Notes under the pieces: model-generated
What the model saw: the letters and a program-made list of their open reading frames with translations, nothing else
Told to the model about the DNA's origin: nothing
Databases searched by the model: none
Shown: in pieces, positions 1 through 40,100 of the stretch
Position numbering within the stretch: position 1 is the stretch's first letter
Layout: each line of letters starts with the position of its first letter
Translations under genes and position numbers: made by a program
NCBI GenBank assembly: GCA_000708835.1
Contig: DF237649.1
Coordinates: 1 to 42,482, forward strand
Length of the DNA stretch: 42,482 bases
Direction of reading: 5' to 3'
DNA from: Klebsormidium nitens
Taxonomy: Eukaryota > Plantae > Klebsormidiophyceae

Positions 1-599
1 AGGGTCAGGAGTAACCAACAGAGGGTTGCTAGCTTTGTTAGAGAGGCGTTTAGGACTCGAGACTACATTCAGACCTTGTCTCATGAGCTACCCATGGCTC
101 CTACGGGACTACAAAATAAATTGATTGATTGATTGAACCTATGAAAGCGAACCTAAGAAAGCGTCATGCCTTGCACCGTGACAGGTGCAGTCCATTGGCA
201 TTGGCAGGCGCCGCTGCACAGCTAGCTATCCCAAGATTGTGATGATGCCATTGCTGCTGGAGTGCTTCCTGCCGCCTCTTGAAAGCCCATACCGTATGGG
301 TGCCGAACATAGGGCAGCTGGCTGTACGCAATTGAAGCTTGAGATTCGATGGGAGATGCCTGCATGTCCTGACACAACATAGATCAGGAAATTGCAGGAA
401 TTCCTGAGAGGCGGGCTATGTGAGCAAGCTGCCGTCCTCTTTCATCGTCAGTCCCTAACCAGCTCGTCGCCGACAGCCAGAGCTACCCGTGCATCGAAAT
501 ATTGAAACCACTGGCTTTACATGCTGATTTATTTTTGAGATTTGCATCCATCTGAGAGGATGCCTCCGTCACCTTGCAGTGGATGAAAGCATAGCGGCT

Positions 600-22663
<22,064 letters not shown>

Positions 22664-24141
22664 TATCAGTTGTTTGATACTAGAAGCGATCGTGAACAAG
22701 CGTCGTCAAAAGTTCCTTTGTCAGGTATTGTAGACCCCTTTTATAGGGGTTCGTGCGTCAAGTCCTCAAGAGCCTTACAAACTTGCCAAAGCCTTAATGG
22801 ATCAGATGTGACAACAAGGTTTGAAGGTAATACTAACATCAAAAAAGTATGTATTGTACGATAGTGAGTATGATGACGGCTGGGGTTTTAAGATGCGAGC
22901 AAACATTTGGTAGCTTATCAATCCTTACAAAGTTGAGTCGCTGCTTATGATGTTTACCAAGTTGGATCTGCAGGTAAAGAACATTGTTCCGCAAGCAATC
23001 TAACCAGTTACAAGTGTACTAGATTGCTAGCCTAGGAGCACTTGTACTCGGTATTATGGATTACCGTCGAAACTCAATATTCAACTTACTGAGCTTGTTA
23101 ATTCGATGTGTACTGCGTCTTGAAAAATGAATCTATGTATGTATATTATGATGGATGTGCGAATATATGTGGCATGCATAGCATGTGTCTAGTAACTCTG
23201 GTGAATGCGGTGCTCATCAAATTCGACTGTAGCGCGCGCGTACGTACATTTTTGGCTTTGATTGAATACGACGTTTGACCGGTGATTGCGAGGGATCGAC
23301 AGTTGTCACTATACATGCAACCTCAAATTATCGTTGTGCTATGACACATCAACGTACGATTGGTATACCAATTGTATACCCGAGTCACCTTTTCATGTTG
23401 CGTACAGTACCAACAAGGAGCCGCGCGCACACAGCATGATTCAATGCCATGCAGTTCAAATATCGCTTCATATAGCATGGCATGGATCTCACATCACTTG
23501 AGTCGATCACTGCCATGGCATTCAATGCTGCTTAGACTAAGAGCTTGAATCTATCAAGCACGCCGACGTCGCTAACTTGTTCATAAGTATGCGCTGGTGA
23601 CTTGACTTGAGCTAAGGACTTCTAAAATTAGTTGCCCTCCAGAACCGCGATCTTAAATCTAAGAGCCGCTGCAACCGTCAGTCCGTGACGTGCGTTCCTT
23701 AAGCTGATTGCACGCCCACACATCTGGACCTGACAAAACTAAGCTTAACTCAAAATTAAAGGAGTTCTGCTATCAAACGGACCTACAAACAGCGTAGCAC
23801 GCAGCATGCATACGACAGTATATTAAATTACCAGTCACTGACAAAATCTCTTCGAGGAAAAACACAATCAGCTTAGCTTGAAGATGCAAAATGGGGACGT
23901 TTTGTTGACTCGCTTCGCCGTCATCCCCGCCCAGTGCGCGCACAGAAGTCCTAACCCTCGGTGGCCGATGCGGCACCATTGAAAGCCGCGCAGGCCTAAG
24001 TAGGCAATGAGTACAATCCTTAACAATCTCTCGTCTACATAATCCACACTCTGATTTACACTATGTTACATGATCGGCCGCCACGGCTTGTTGAGCTTCG
24101 GCAACTTAACAAGCCCATGCCCATGCACTGTGCAAGGGAAA

Positions 24142-25155
24142 TTAGACGTCTCCCAATACGGAACCATTGTAAGCCCGATAGAGCATCTCCGTGCTGAGTG
24201 CCGTTGCAATAATCAAGGCCCTTGGGATGTGATCCCCAGTCTCGAAAATGGTGATGGACCCCTTGCGCTCCCACGACCATTCTTTCAAGTCGCGCCTTGC
24301 GAGGGCCTCCTTGGTGTTCGTCTCCACCAATGTGAACCTGACGCACATGGAAGGAGTGAGAGCTCATATTATAGAAGTAGAAGTGCACCTGATTACAACC
24401 ACTTTGAATCGATTAGGCCCTCACTGACTGACCTTATGAGTCCCTGAAAAGGCAATGTAAAGACTCGGGTGACGCAAAAAACATCATTTGAAGTCTGTTT
24501 TGCACTGACAGACTAATGAGGGGCCTTAAGTTATCAGGACGCCAAGACCCTTGGGCAGCTTCGCTCTGATGACGGAAGTGTTGCTTTGATTGGCAAACAG
24601 TCAAGGGTGGATTCAAAGTAGGTTCATAAAAGGGAACAACCAGTCAAACACTTCAAAATACTGCTTAAAGTCCAATAGTACACTACACTGAGTGCCAGAT
24701 TGATTTGGAATCTGAGATGGATAGATACTCAGAGTCATGTATGAAGGGGAGCAGGGAGGAAACATCAAACGCGAAATGGAAAGTAGAAGCGCAGGGAGAA
24801 CTCACGTGCTGACGCCCCGCCAGGAGCAGGAGCTGTGCTCCCACTGATACTCGCGTCCCTCCCACGTGAATCTGCGGATAAACTTCCAGCCCCAGTAACT
24901 GACCCGCTCTAGTTCCACCAGCTGCTGTCCCTTTGCGTCGCTGATGGCCGCCTTTTTCCCGCAATGGCCTGACCTCTCGATCAGGAGCATGGCGTCACCA
25001 TCTTGCTTAGAGCTGCACACCAGCTCGCACTTCCGACTCCGGTATGAGGACTTGTTCAAAACGAAGCTTGTGCCGTCCTCCCCTGTGATCTTGACCTCCC
25101 GCCTTCCGATGGTCTGGAAGACGGCGGCCGGCTGCAAGGCGGGGGCTGTGTCCAT
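24142..25155 (-). CDS. Hypothetical ~181-aa tubby-C-terminal/LURP-one/DUF6593-like protein, 2 exons
   Basis: Exon 1 25155-24806 (MDTAPALQ...RRFTWEGREYQWEHSSCSWRGVS) ends at a GTGAG donor; exon 2 24337-24142 (TFTLVETNTKEALARR...KGSITIF...RALIIATALSTE) follows a TCAG acceptor. Phases match; 546 nt = 182 codons. The fold call rests on remembered motif resemblance (FxWxGxxYxW; LA; KGxLxI; terminal LIIxTAL helix). The open frame extends upstream to 25398, so the start is uncertain. Confidence 0.7.
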
Positions 25156-26146
25156 CTCACAAACTTGAGCAGTGGCTGCTAGGGGCTGCTGGCAGACTTG
25201 GTCTGGTCTACAGTGGCTTCCACTCACTGAGAAAGCTGTAATATTCAGAATGTTGCTGAAAAGGGAATCCTCTTCAAGCGGATGGGTGAGGATGAGAACG
25301 TCAGGCAGCCTAGCTAGCAGCTCGCTCGCCGGCGTTTCGAGCACTGGGCCCAATTGGTTAATCACGGATATCACATTAGAGAGACGAATGCCTTGCAACG
25401 ACTTGGATTTGAGTGAATGACCAGCTCAGAAAGCTCCTCAGAGACTCAGCACATAGAGCAGGTACGTACAGCTACTGATGAAACATCAAATGGCGGTTTG
25501 GCGGAAACACAAGCCTTCTCACGACTTTTGTATGACCAGTTGTGCAGCTATTGTGGGGTGGCACCCTCACTAACTATCAAACGCGGAGTAAACATGAATA
25601 GCCGCTCCAATCCAACCGCATTGAGTTGTAAGGTGACCTCAGGCACCTCCATAACCGGCTGCAAGCTAGATGACGTTGCGGGAAGGAAGGAAGCTGCAAG
25701 CTCATTGCAATAACAGTTGAAAGGTGGTGCACTTGTTGCTTTGATCAGACCGCAACAGGAGCGCATGCGCAGGACTCAGGAGCAGCGCCCTACACTGCAT
25801 TGATGTCAGCATGTACTTGTGCAATGTGCATCATTGCATCATGCATGTGATCGGAAATTTGTGCTGAGCCAGGTGGCAGGGAGCCTGCGCGCTGCGCGCA
25901 GCTTCCGAGCTCTCGCCTCTGACAATCCTGACAACGGTCCGACGTCATCGGCGTTTGCCTTGCGATGACAAGTGGCAGCCTGCAATTTGTTGTTGTTGCT
26001 TGCTGATGTAAGCCCCCTGCATTTGTGCACTTCGACGACGATGACGTCAGGCGTAAGTGGGTTTGTGACGTCGGTTAGCCTGGGTTGAAGCCCCAAAACT
26101 TAAAGGAAAACCGCCAGAGAATTCTGAAACTGTAACATGGTTGAAA
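25156..26146. promoter_or_regulatory. Divergent (head-to-head) intergenic/promoter region with three GACGTC C-box cores
   Basis: The flanking genes start outward. GACGTC occurs at 25941, 26043 (full TGACGTCA at 26042-26049) and 26067. Confidence 0.4.
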
Positions 26147-32487
<6,341 letters not shown>

Positions 32488-33967
32488 TAAGCACGCTTTG
32501 ACGGTGTTGACTCTGCTATTGGCAAACTGGTTTGAGGACACGGACTAAGACAGGTGAACACGAATAGCTCAGTGTCTCTCTGATGCGCGTCGATTGAAAA
32601 AGGTCTGTTTAGTAGCAACTTCCTCTTCTGGAAACCACGCTCATTGCAGAGTTCGAAATGATTTGGTACGCATTGCGCGCGTATGTGGCCAAGCTTCGAA
32701 TTGAGAACGAGTCAACGATCAAGCCTGGCTAAGTTCATGGCGGTGCAACTTGGCAAGCCGTAGGATAGTCCGGCCCGCAGACACCTCGCCCTATGCAATG
32801 ATTTTGCACTCCATACAGAGACGGTCGAGAGTTGTACACCACTTTTCGAGGACGGTTGCTGCATGTAGTGGTTAAGCGATTGGCTAAGCACTTGCATGTG
32901 CAGCTGATATCATGGATCATTGGTGCATCGGCCGGCCTCACATATTCACAACAACGGGAGCCCTAGCGTGCAGGGCGTGGCTGCGCGGTTGTGAATATAC
33001 GAGACAGTGCTGCAGTATAATCATGTATGCAAAGTGGTGGCCAGAAGGCGCGGCCTCAGGCCTGGCGGTGCTAGAGCGTTTCGAATGATCAGCGTAAATG
33101 TTCATTTTGGGCCTGATCGTCCGGTAAAGACAGTTTGCGACTCGTGTCACCTCAGTTGTAAAAATGCATGGCAATGCTTATATACGCTCAATTATTAGCT
33201 TGCTAAGTTGGAAAATCTTCAACGGACGCGGCAAATCAAGGTTGCTCAGGCCTGAAATACTGCAAGCCACTGAATGATTGGATGTAGTTGGCAATCTTTG
33301 AGCATGTGCATGCTTTTTTGCTTTTGGAGATCGATGAGCAGTCCTAACTCAATGGCTAGCTACATGTATGTACGCGGGTATCAATCTTCCGCACCAGAGT
33401 GGAATGTAATATATAGACGGATCCGTAAACAATTTTCGGCCAACCTTTCAAGCCGCAAAGGCTTCCGACAAGGGGGGTGAGGCTAGATGTCAATCGTCAG
33501 GGAGACGTACTAACGTGTCTACACTTGCTCAGATACTAAGGCACTTCTTAGGTGCACATGCATCGATCAATTAGTCAAGACGAGACGTTTACACCATGAT
33601 TACTAATGAATCTGCAAGCGAAAACTGGCCCGCATCCAGACACCATTTCTGTAGCACTCGCAAAGATTGTGCAGAGCAGTGCTCTGGAACGGCCACCAGA
33701 AGCAATGTAGTGAAGCAGAAAAGATACTTGTACCATTTTGAAGGATGTTGAATCATCTACGCCAATATGTGCCGCTAGATCGGCCTGCGTTTCAGAAACC
33801 CGGCGAAGTTCAGAAGACCAACGGAAGGTGCCTGAGGTTGAGCTTTGGTCTACAGATACCGCTCCGTGAATAGCGTCGGCCCAAAAAGAATCTAAAAAAA
33901 AGCCCTTCCGGCTATCCGACCTTTAAAATCCTTTCAAAATGCGCACGTGTCTCTCCTTTCAGCTCCG

Positions 33968-34774
33968 TCAGTCTTGATCTACTTTCCACCAGAACTCTGG
34001 ATTGCCCGCACATCCCCCAGAAGCCCAATCAGGAATGTAGACGCTGCAATTTTCCGGACAAACATCACGACGGACGTGACTCAACTCGATAAACCAGGGA
34101 AGAGCTGTGTACGTCATGTTGACAATGACGCACGACTGCACTGATTTCAAAGGCCCTTGGCGCCAGTCCGTTTTATAAAGCTCCACGGTAAGCGATTTAG
34201 AGCGCCAGCCGACGCCCTCGACAGATTCTTTCCCCAATTGCCTCAAAGCTTCCTTCAGAGCATCAATTGGATACAGCGGCTGAAGTCGGAGGCATATCCA
34301 TCCGTGATAAGAACGATCGGAACTTTCCAGGCACGTCAGTCTGTGTTGCCTGTCAGAGAGACCCCACAAATACAATCTCTTATGCACTCGAACTAGGAAC
34401 AAGATCTTGCCAGAGAACGATCTTGACTGAATGCTGTACTTTGCGTCTTCTGAAGCGCCGACTTTGTGCTCATCCTGCTTGCTTTGTTCATTTCTGCAAC
34501 GCCTGGTTGATGCTGAAGAAAGACGAGCCACTGTGAATCTCCTGTAACCACCCAGCAACTTGACTTCTGCATCTAACGCTGTATACGTCCTTTCCTCTGC
34601 TAGGGCCTCCTCTGCTGCGGAGCCGTAGAAAGCGTCCCTCCAGACATCAGGATTTTCTGCTGCCGCCCGGTAAAAGGGCGCCAAAGCGCACGTTGCATGC
34701 ACCAAAGAGAGCGGGTCCTGCACCGCTAGCTTGTGCAGAACCAACAAAACAACGTCGCTTGGAAGGCGTTCCAT
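33968..34774 (-). CDS. Intronless F-box-like protein (268 aa), N-terminal F-box, uncharacterised C-terminus
   Basis: Uninterrupted ORF from ATG 34774 to stop at 33968. The N-terminus MERLPSDVVLLVLHKLAVQDPLSLVHATCALAPFYRAAAENPDVWRDAF fits the F-box pattern LP-x2-hh-x2-h ... C ... W. Confidence 0.8.
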   Translation of the reverse strand: MERLPSDVVLLVLHKLAVQDPLSLVHATCALAPFYRAAAENPDVWRDAFYGSAAEEALAEERTYTALDAEVKLLGGYRRFTVARLSSASTRRCRNEQSKQDEHKVGASEDAKYSIQSRSFSGKILFLVRVHKRLYLWGLSDRQHRLTCLESSDRSYHGWICLRLQPLYPIDALKEALRQLGKESVEGVGWRSKSLTVELYKTDWRQGPLKSVQSCVIVNMTYTALPWFIELSHVRRDVCPENCSVYIPDWASGGCAGNPEFWWKVDQD

Positions 34775-34813
34775 TCTCAAAGATTGCGCTGAACTTAAAC
34801 TGCTTCCTGGCTC

Positions 34814-36216
34814 TTGAAAGCACTAATCCACGCATACAGCACGCAGCCGCCCGCGGGTCGATCAGAGTCACTGAGACGGCAGGGTTCCAAGTTACACGTG
34901 GCAGGGTTCGCAGGTTTATACGAGGCGCGGCCGCGACAGAGCAGCCGAGCCCAACGTATTAGCGGCCACCATTCTGACATAGTACGTGTGGCACATTTCG
35001 CGTGCTACAAGGTGGCTGAGCAGAAAGTTGCTAAGAAAAAAGAACTTGGCAAAGACGATCTGACGCAAAACTTTCATGGTGGCACGTTCAATATTGGTAT
35101 CCTAGCAAGGAAACTTAGCGCCACTTTGACACTTCTGCAAAGAAAAGGCTTTCCCATGGCGCCTCAGAAGGCGCTCGATGAATCAGAGACAGTGAAACAT
35201 CTGGAACGACCATCTGTCAGGCTTCAAGCGTGGCTGACGGAGGCAGGCAGAGCCTTAGTTGGGGCACGTGGAGGAGGGTCGAGCTGCTTTATGAGAAAGC
35301 CAGCAACTGCAGACCTAGACTACAGTCGACACAGTGGGGCCATTTCTGGCACGGAGATGCAAGGGTCGGTAGACCAGCTCGAAGCCGGTTTAAAAAAGGG
35401 TAACATAGAGCTTCCAATTGACTTCTTGCCGACAAATACATGGGGCTTTGAGGGAACGCATGAGTACCTGCTGTACAGCAAGTTCTGGAAGGAGTCCTGA
35501 CAGTCAAGGTGGTCAAGGCGGGGAGCACGGACAGCTTGTCCTTAGAGTTGGTCTGCGCTTGATCCAGGAGTGGCGGGTGACGCAACCTGTCCAGCTGATG
35601 TACGTTATCAATGACGCAATCAATGCTCTGGAGGGTTCCGTTGTTGCAAATCCGCCACCTTGCAGCTGGAAGCCGCCTCCCAGGCCAAAGTGGTTAGCTC
35701 CTGAACTGACCTGGTTGCCTGCTCTTCACCCTCCCGTACGTGCAAATGGACCCGGACGAGGATCCAGACCCATTTATGAAATCACCTCACCTCCGGTCAT
35801 GCTACAAGCTGTTAGATGCACAAGCAAGGCGCAGGAAATGCCCGGGGACTGCAAGGAGGCGGGGCGCTGACCACGACAGAGGTCGCAATGGTCTCCTTAT
35901 CCAGGAGCTGGTTGACGCAGTCAAAGACTCTTACCCTAGGGGTTGCACGGTCTACATGAGGCACATTTTGCTAGGTTTGTGTGTCAAAGAGACGATCACG
36001 CAGGGGCTGATGCCCTCACCTGCTTGTGCGATTGTGCAAGCGCAGTCTAGAGACACTTTCACTGCTAGGTTTGCAGAGTTCCCCAGCGGGAAGCTCGTGC
36101 CTTTTACGATACATGGTTTGTTTTTGGAACGGTTTGTTTGGGGAACAGTAGCGTGGGTCAAGTACATCAGCTGGTTAACCTACTTCAGACAAGGCGCCGG
36201 CCCCGCGATATTATAA
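34814..36216 (+). pseudogene. Chain of three overlapping frame-shifted ORFs (228, 150, 158 aa); possible decayed gene or mobile-element remnant
   Basis: ORFs 34814-35500, 35418-35870 and 35740-36216 lie on one strand and overlap end to end in different frames. There is weak resemblance to DEDDy exonuclease ExoII (FHGGTFNIGILARKL) and ExoIII (EWRVTQPVQLMYVINDA) motifs. No convincing splice chain was found. Confidence 0.3.
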
Positions 36217-37171
36217 GTCTAAGCATGATAAATCTGCATGGATACTTCTCTTAAAGCCCGTGCGTATCAAAGGCATCCAGTGGCGACAATCCGACCAACG
36301 TCGGACTACACCCCAGTTAGTTACGTGCTTCCAGCCGGTCAGATGTAAGAGAGCACTTAAGCTAGCTTGAAAAGTAGGTTTGCTGATTGCACGCTGGATC
36401 ATTGGACACTGAAGATGGCGTGGCAAGCCCATCGTTTTTGCTCCGCATAACATGACAATACGCGTAGGGCACCATCATTGCCACTGATATGATAGGCTGA
36501 TGCAACTCTGGCCAGACATGCTTTGCATATATAGGGAACGAGTCGATCTAAAATATGCCACGCAATGATGAGTGCGAACTCTTGCATGCTCATGCATCAA
36601 TCGAGGCGCCTTAAGCAATCCGACGAACATGCGTGAAAGTGAGGCGGACGTGCGTTACTACCGTACCATGTGCACGAGTGGAGTTTGCAAGACGCTGTCC
36701 GACATGGTGCTCCAAAAATTTGTGGGGCGGAGCGGCGGCTGCAACGGCCGTGCGAGATGCAAGCGCAATTAATGCGAGCAAAATACGCGTCTATACAACC
36801 GCAAGCCACAGTAGCAACGTATCCTTCTTGAAACTCGAAGAGTCGCGCTGCGAACCTCGGACCGCCGCGCTTGCGGCGCTGTTCATGGCGCAGCCCAGCG
36901 GCGGCCCCTCTCACGGGGGGGATGCCTAGATCAGCCTGTGGCTGTACTGCATCTCACTCAGTCTAGTATCACTTATGAGATTCACGCTTGCGCAGCAAGC
37001 TGACCTCTTGACAAGAAGCTGCTCGCTGATGGTTCATCAACACATTGTTTGCGAGCTGGCGTGGATATTATGGGTCAGGTGGAGCCTGCTGTTTGAACTA
37101 GAATTAGCAACCGTTACGGCGAACTCTTCTGACTCACATTTGCAATTGAGGCATCTTCGAAACCCAACTAC

Positions 37172-40100
37172 TCAGTACGGGTTACTCAGTTTTCGTCGCA
37201 CGCTGTCTGGGACTCGGTCGACGATAACCTGGACAGCACCACCGTTACATCAGTTGCTCGATAACAGCGCGCATGCGCCAAACTTCCCCGTATTTCTGAC
37301 TCGCAAAGTCAAAAAAACCAGGTTCGAAGGCACGTAAAATAGAGGCGCACAACCAAGCAGAGACTTAGAACAAGTTTTAAAGGGAGACGCTCACCCGACC
37401 ATCGTACGACAAGGATGCAAAGAGCAGGGGATCTTTCGCGCTCCAAGCAACACCTGCAACGGAGAGAATGGTGATGAGCAAAATTCACATACGTTCTCCT
37501 TCACGACGAAACGTACAGTCTGTATCTGAATTTCAAGACAAGTACGGACAAAAAACAGATCTGATCAACCATGATTGCAAGGTTCGGCTCTGCTCACAAG
37601 AAGGAAAAGAAGGAAACAAAGTCCAGACTGTCGTCCGAGACTGTTAAGGGGGACTGACCATAGATGCTGTCTTCATGCTCGGTGTACGTGTGCGCAAGCC
37701 CGTCGTGTGGTTCCCGGGGGGTCCGTGCTCCAGACAAACTGCACAATTGGCAGGGCGTCAGAACGCCTGTACGCAATATAACCAAGAATTACTAGCTTCC
37801 TCAATTCGTTGACACCGAAGGAAAGCAGCTCGACTGAAGAGGATTGATCGAAGAGGGGACATCACGTTTTGTGTGAAACCTCTGGAAGGCCGTGGCTCGT
37901 CTTGTGCAGGCTCAGTGCACCGAGGGGCAACCTCACTCGTTTGCGGAACCCTTGCTGCCACTCCGTCCCGCTTTCGACGACGATACGCTGGGAACGTGCC
38001 ACAGATTGCAGGCGGAGTCCGTTCCGCCGCTCTGCGACGGGTGGCCGAAACGGAATCAGCTGAGGGGCCCACCTCAGTCAACTCATCTTAAGTGCCTGGC
38101 AACTTGCAGGGTCGGACTCAGCCTCATTACTTTTTATTCGGGAGTCTGTCCAAAAAACATTCAGCTTGAAACAAAATCGCAAAAGAATCTCATTCGTGAC
38201 CGGGCTCGCTTATCAGATCTCTCCGGTTAAGCAGCCAAAAGTATTTTCGCGCCTTCCTCCGCGAGGACAGCTGTCTGATCCTTGATCAGGAGGTAAAGAT
38301 TCCCGCGAGAAACTCACCAACACAAGTTCGTCATACACGCGGTTGAACTTTGCTCGCCAAATCCTGCGTGGAGACACGACAAGAAAGCTTAGCTGACACG
38401 TTTTCCACTTCGACCACTTCGACCGTTTGGTCAGCATAGCAAGTTGCTCCTTTGCTGTTAGTCTCTGTATGTTTCAACCGCCCATCTTGGGAGTTGGAAC
38501 TGCTCCTCGGCATGAGACACAGCGATACAGCTTAAAACAGCGTTGAAATTGCTCGTATGACCTCATGCTGACACCCGCTTCAGGCTTGTACGTGCCTGCG
38601 AGAAAGGCTTGTGCATCTTCGAATGAAATACATAAGCGTGTACGGAACGAAACTTGTCGCTCACCAGTGGTTGTGCGCTTGCAACTCGAGCAGAGGGGTC
38701 GCTATTTGCCGGGTGTCCCAGAAGCGGATGTACGAGTCGTCCCCGGCGGTCAACTACAGAGGCGGTGTGAATAGGCTCGGCATAATGCAGAAGCAAAGGA
38801 TCAAGCGCAGGCAGAGGTGGAGCCGGTGTGAATAGGCTCAGCGAGTGAAAAAGCAGTGCTATCAACTGAAGCGGCGTAAAAAGAGGCGGTATAAGGCTTA
38901 ACGTCGACAGAAAAGCTGCAAAAATCTTTCCAGATTCTTTAGCCAATCGGATGGCTTGTCACATCCACGTTGGTAACAAAGGTACATACCAGAGGAGTAA
39001 CATGGCCTGAAGAGTACCGTACCTCCTACCCGTCGGTACTGCAAAGGCGACACTGGAGGCCAAAGTAGGGGTTCGGTCGACGCGCACCCTCGAAGCTCGA
39101 CGCAGAGTCAGTAAAGCGTGCCGGACCGAAAGCAGGCGCTGTGGAGACGCAGTGAGAGCACTCTGCAATGTATAACCGGGTTTGCGGCCAACAACCCCAA
39201 ACCCATCCTAAGGTATGTGCAAGATTGCGGGCTCACCAGCGTGTTTTGCCGCTTTGGGTTGAAGTCGACGTCCCGCACTTGCATCCCGTGCGCCTGATCG
39301 ATCTTCTGACCTCGCCTGAAAGCACGAAGAGATTCTGTCAGTGGCAGCCAGGCGCAAAGAGGCGTTTGCAACGCCCTCCGCAAATGCTTTGCCCTCCGTA
39401 CAAGAATCCAGATTGACTCTACTTCTTCGGAAACGAAGACGTCAGTATACCCTTGACACACGTTTCGAGGGGATTTTTTTTTCTTTTCAAAATGTGCTTC
39501 TGTAGAAGGACAGCCTCCATTTTGAGGCGACGAAAAGCTCCAACAGACAGCGGTATCGAACAAAGACAAGAAGGACTTTCAGCACCACCACGGCGGACTT
39601 GGAGAAAGTAAGCTTAATCACTTCGAGCAGACCTGCGCAATATTGCGTGAATGACGCGAAACTGTAACTCCGCTGACCTCATCGTTCGCAGGTCCCAAAT
39701 CTCAACCAGCATTCCGCTCGCCACTGCAACGGAGTTGCTGTCGTGGGGGTCCCAGGAGCCTCCCGCAATGTGCTGCAAGTCGCCCGCCTTGGCTTCCGAA
39801 CGGGCTTCAAGGGTCTTCTTGCCGTCTTCCAGGTTGTACACGCGGATCGTTTCTTCGTCTAGGCTGACCAACACGTTCTGCTTGGTCGAGAGTGGGCACC
39901 AGAGGACGCTGCACACCTCAGATCACATAGATGTTAAGAGAATCCTTTGTTTGCATAGAAAGCAGGAGGGGAAAGGCTTTGATATCACCAACAGCTCTTC
40001 TGAAACAAGACATATCAAAAAGATTCAAACGGGTTGCAACGAACACGTTTACGGTAGTGGATTCGAGTGCAAGCAACACTGGGGGACTCGGTCAACTGCC

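Noticed and set aside
121-136. (TTGA)4 microsatellite
   Set aside because: An ordinary short simple repeat.
579-599. GTG start at 579 from the ORF track
   Set aside because: Eukaryotic gene: 574-579 is an acceptor-like ttgcag, and the first in-frame ATG is at 600. An upstream exon cannot be excluded.
36572-36929. GC-rich patch with ORFs of 66-105 aa on both strands
   Set aside because: No recognisable motif and no consistent splice chain.
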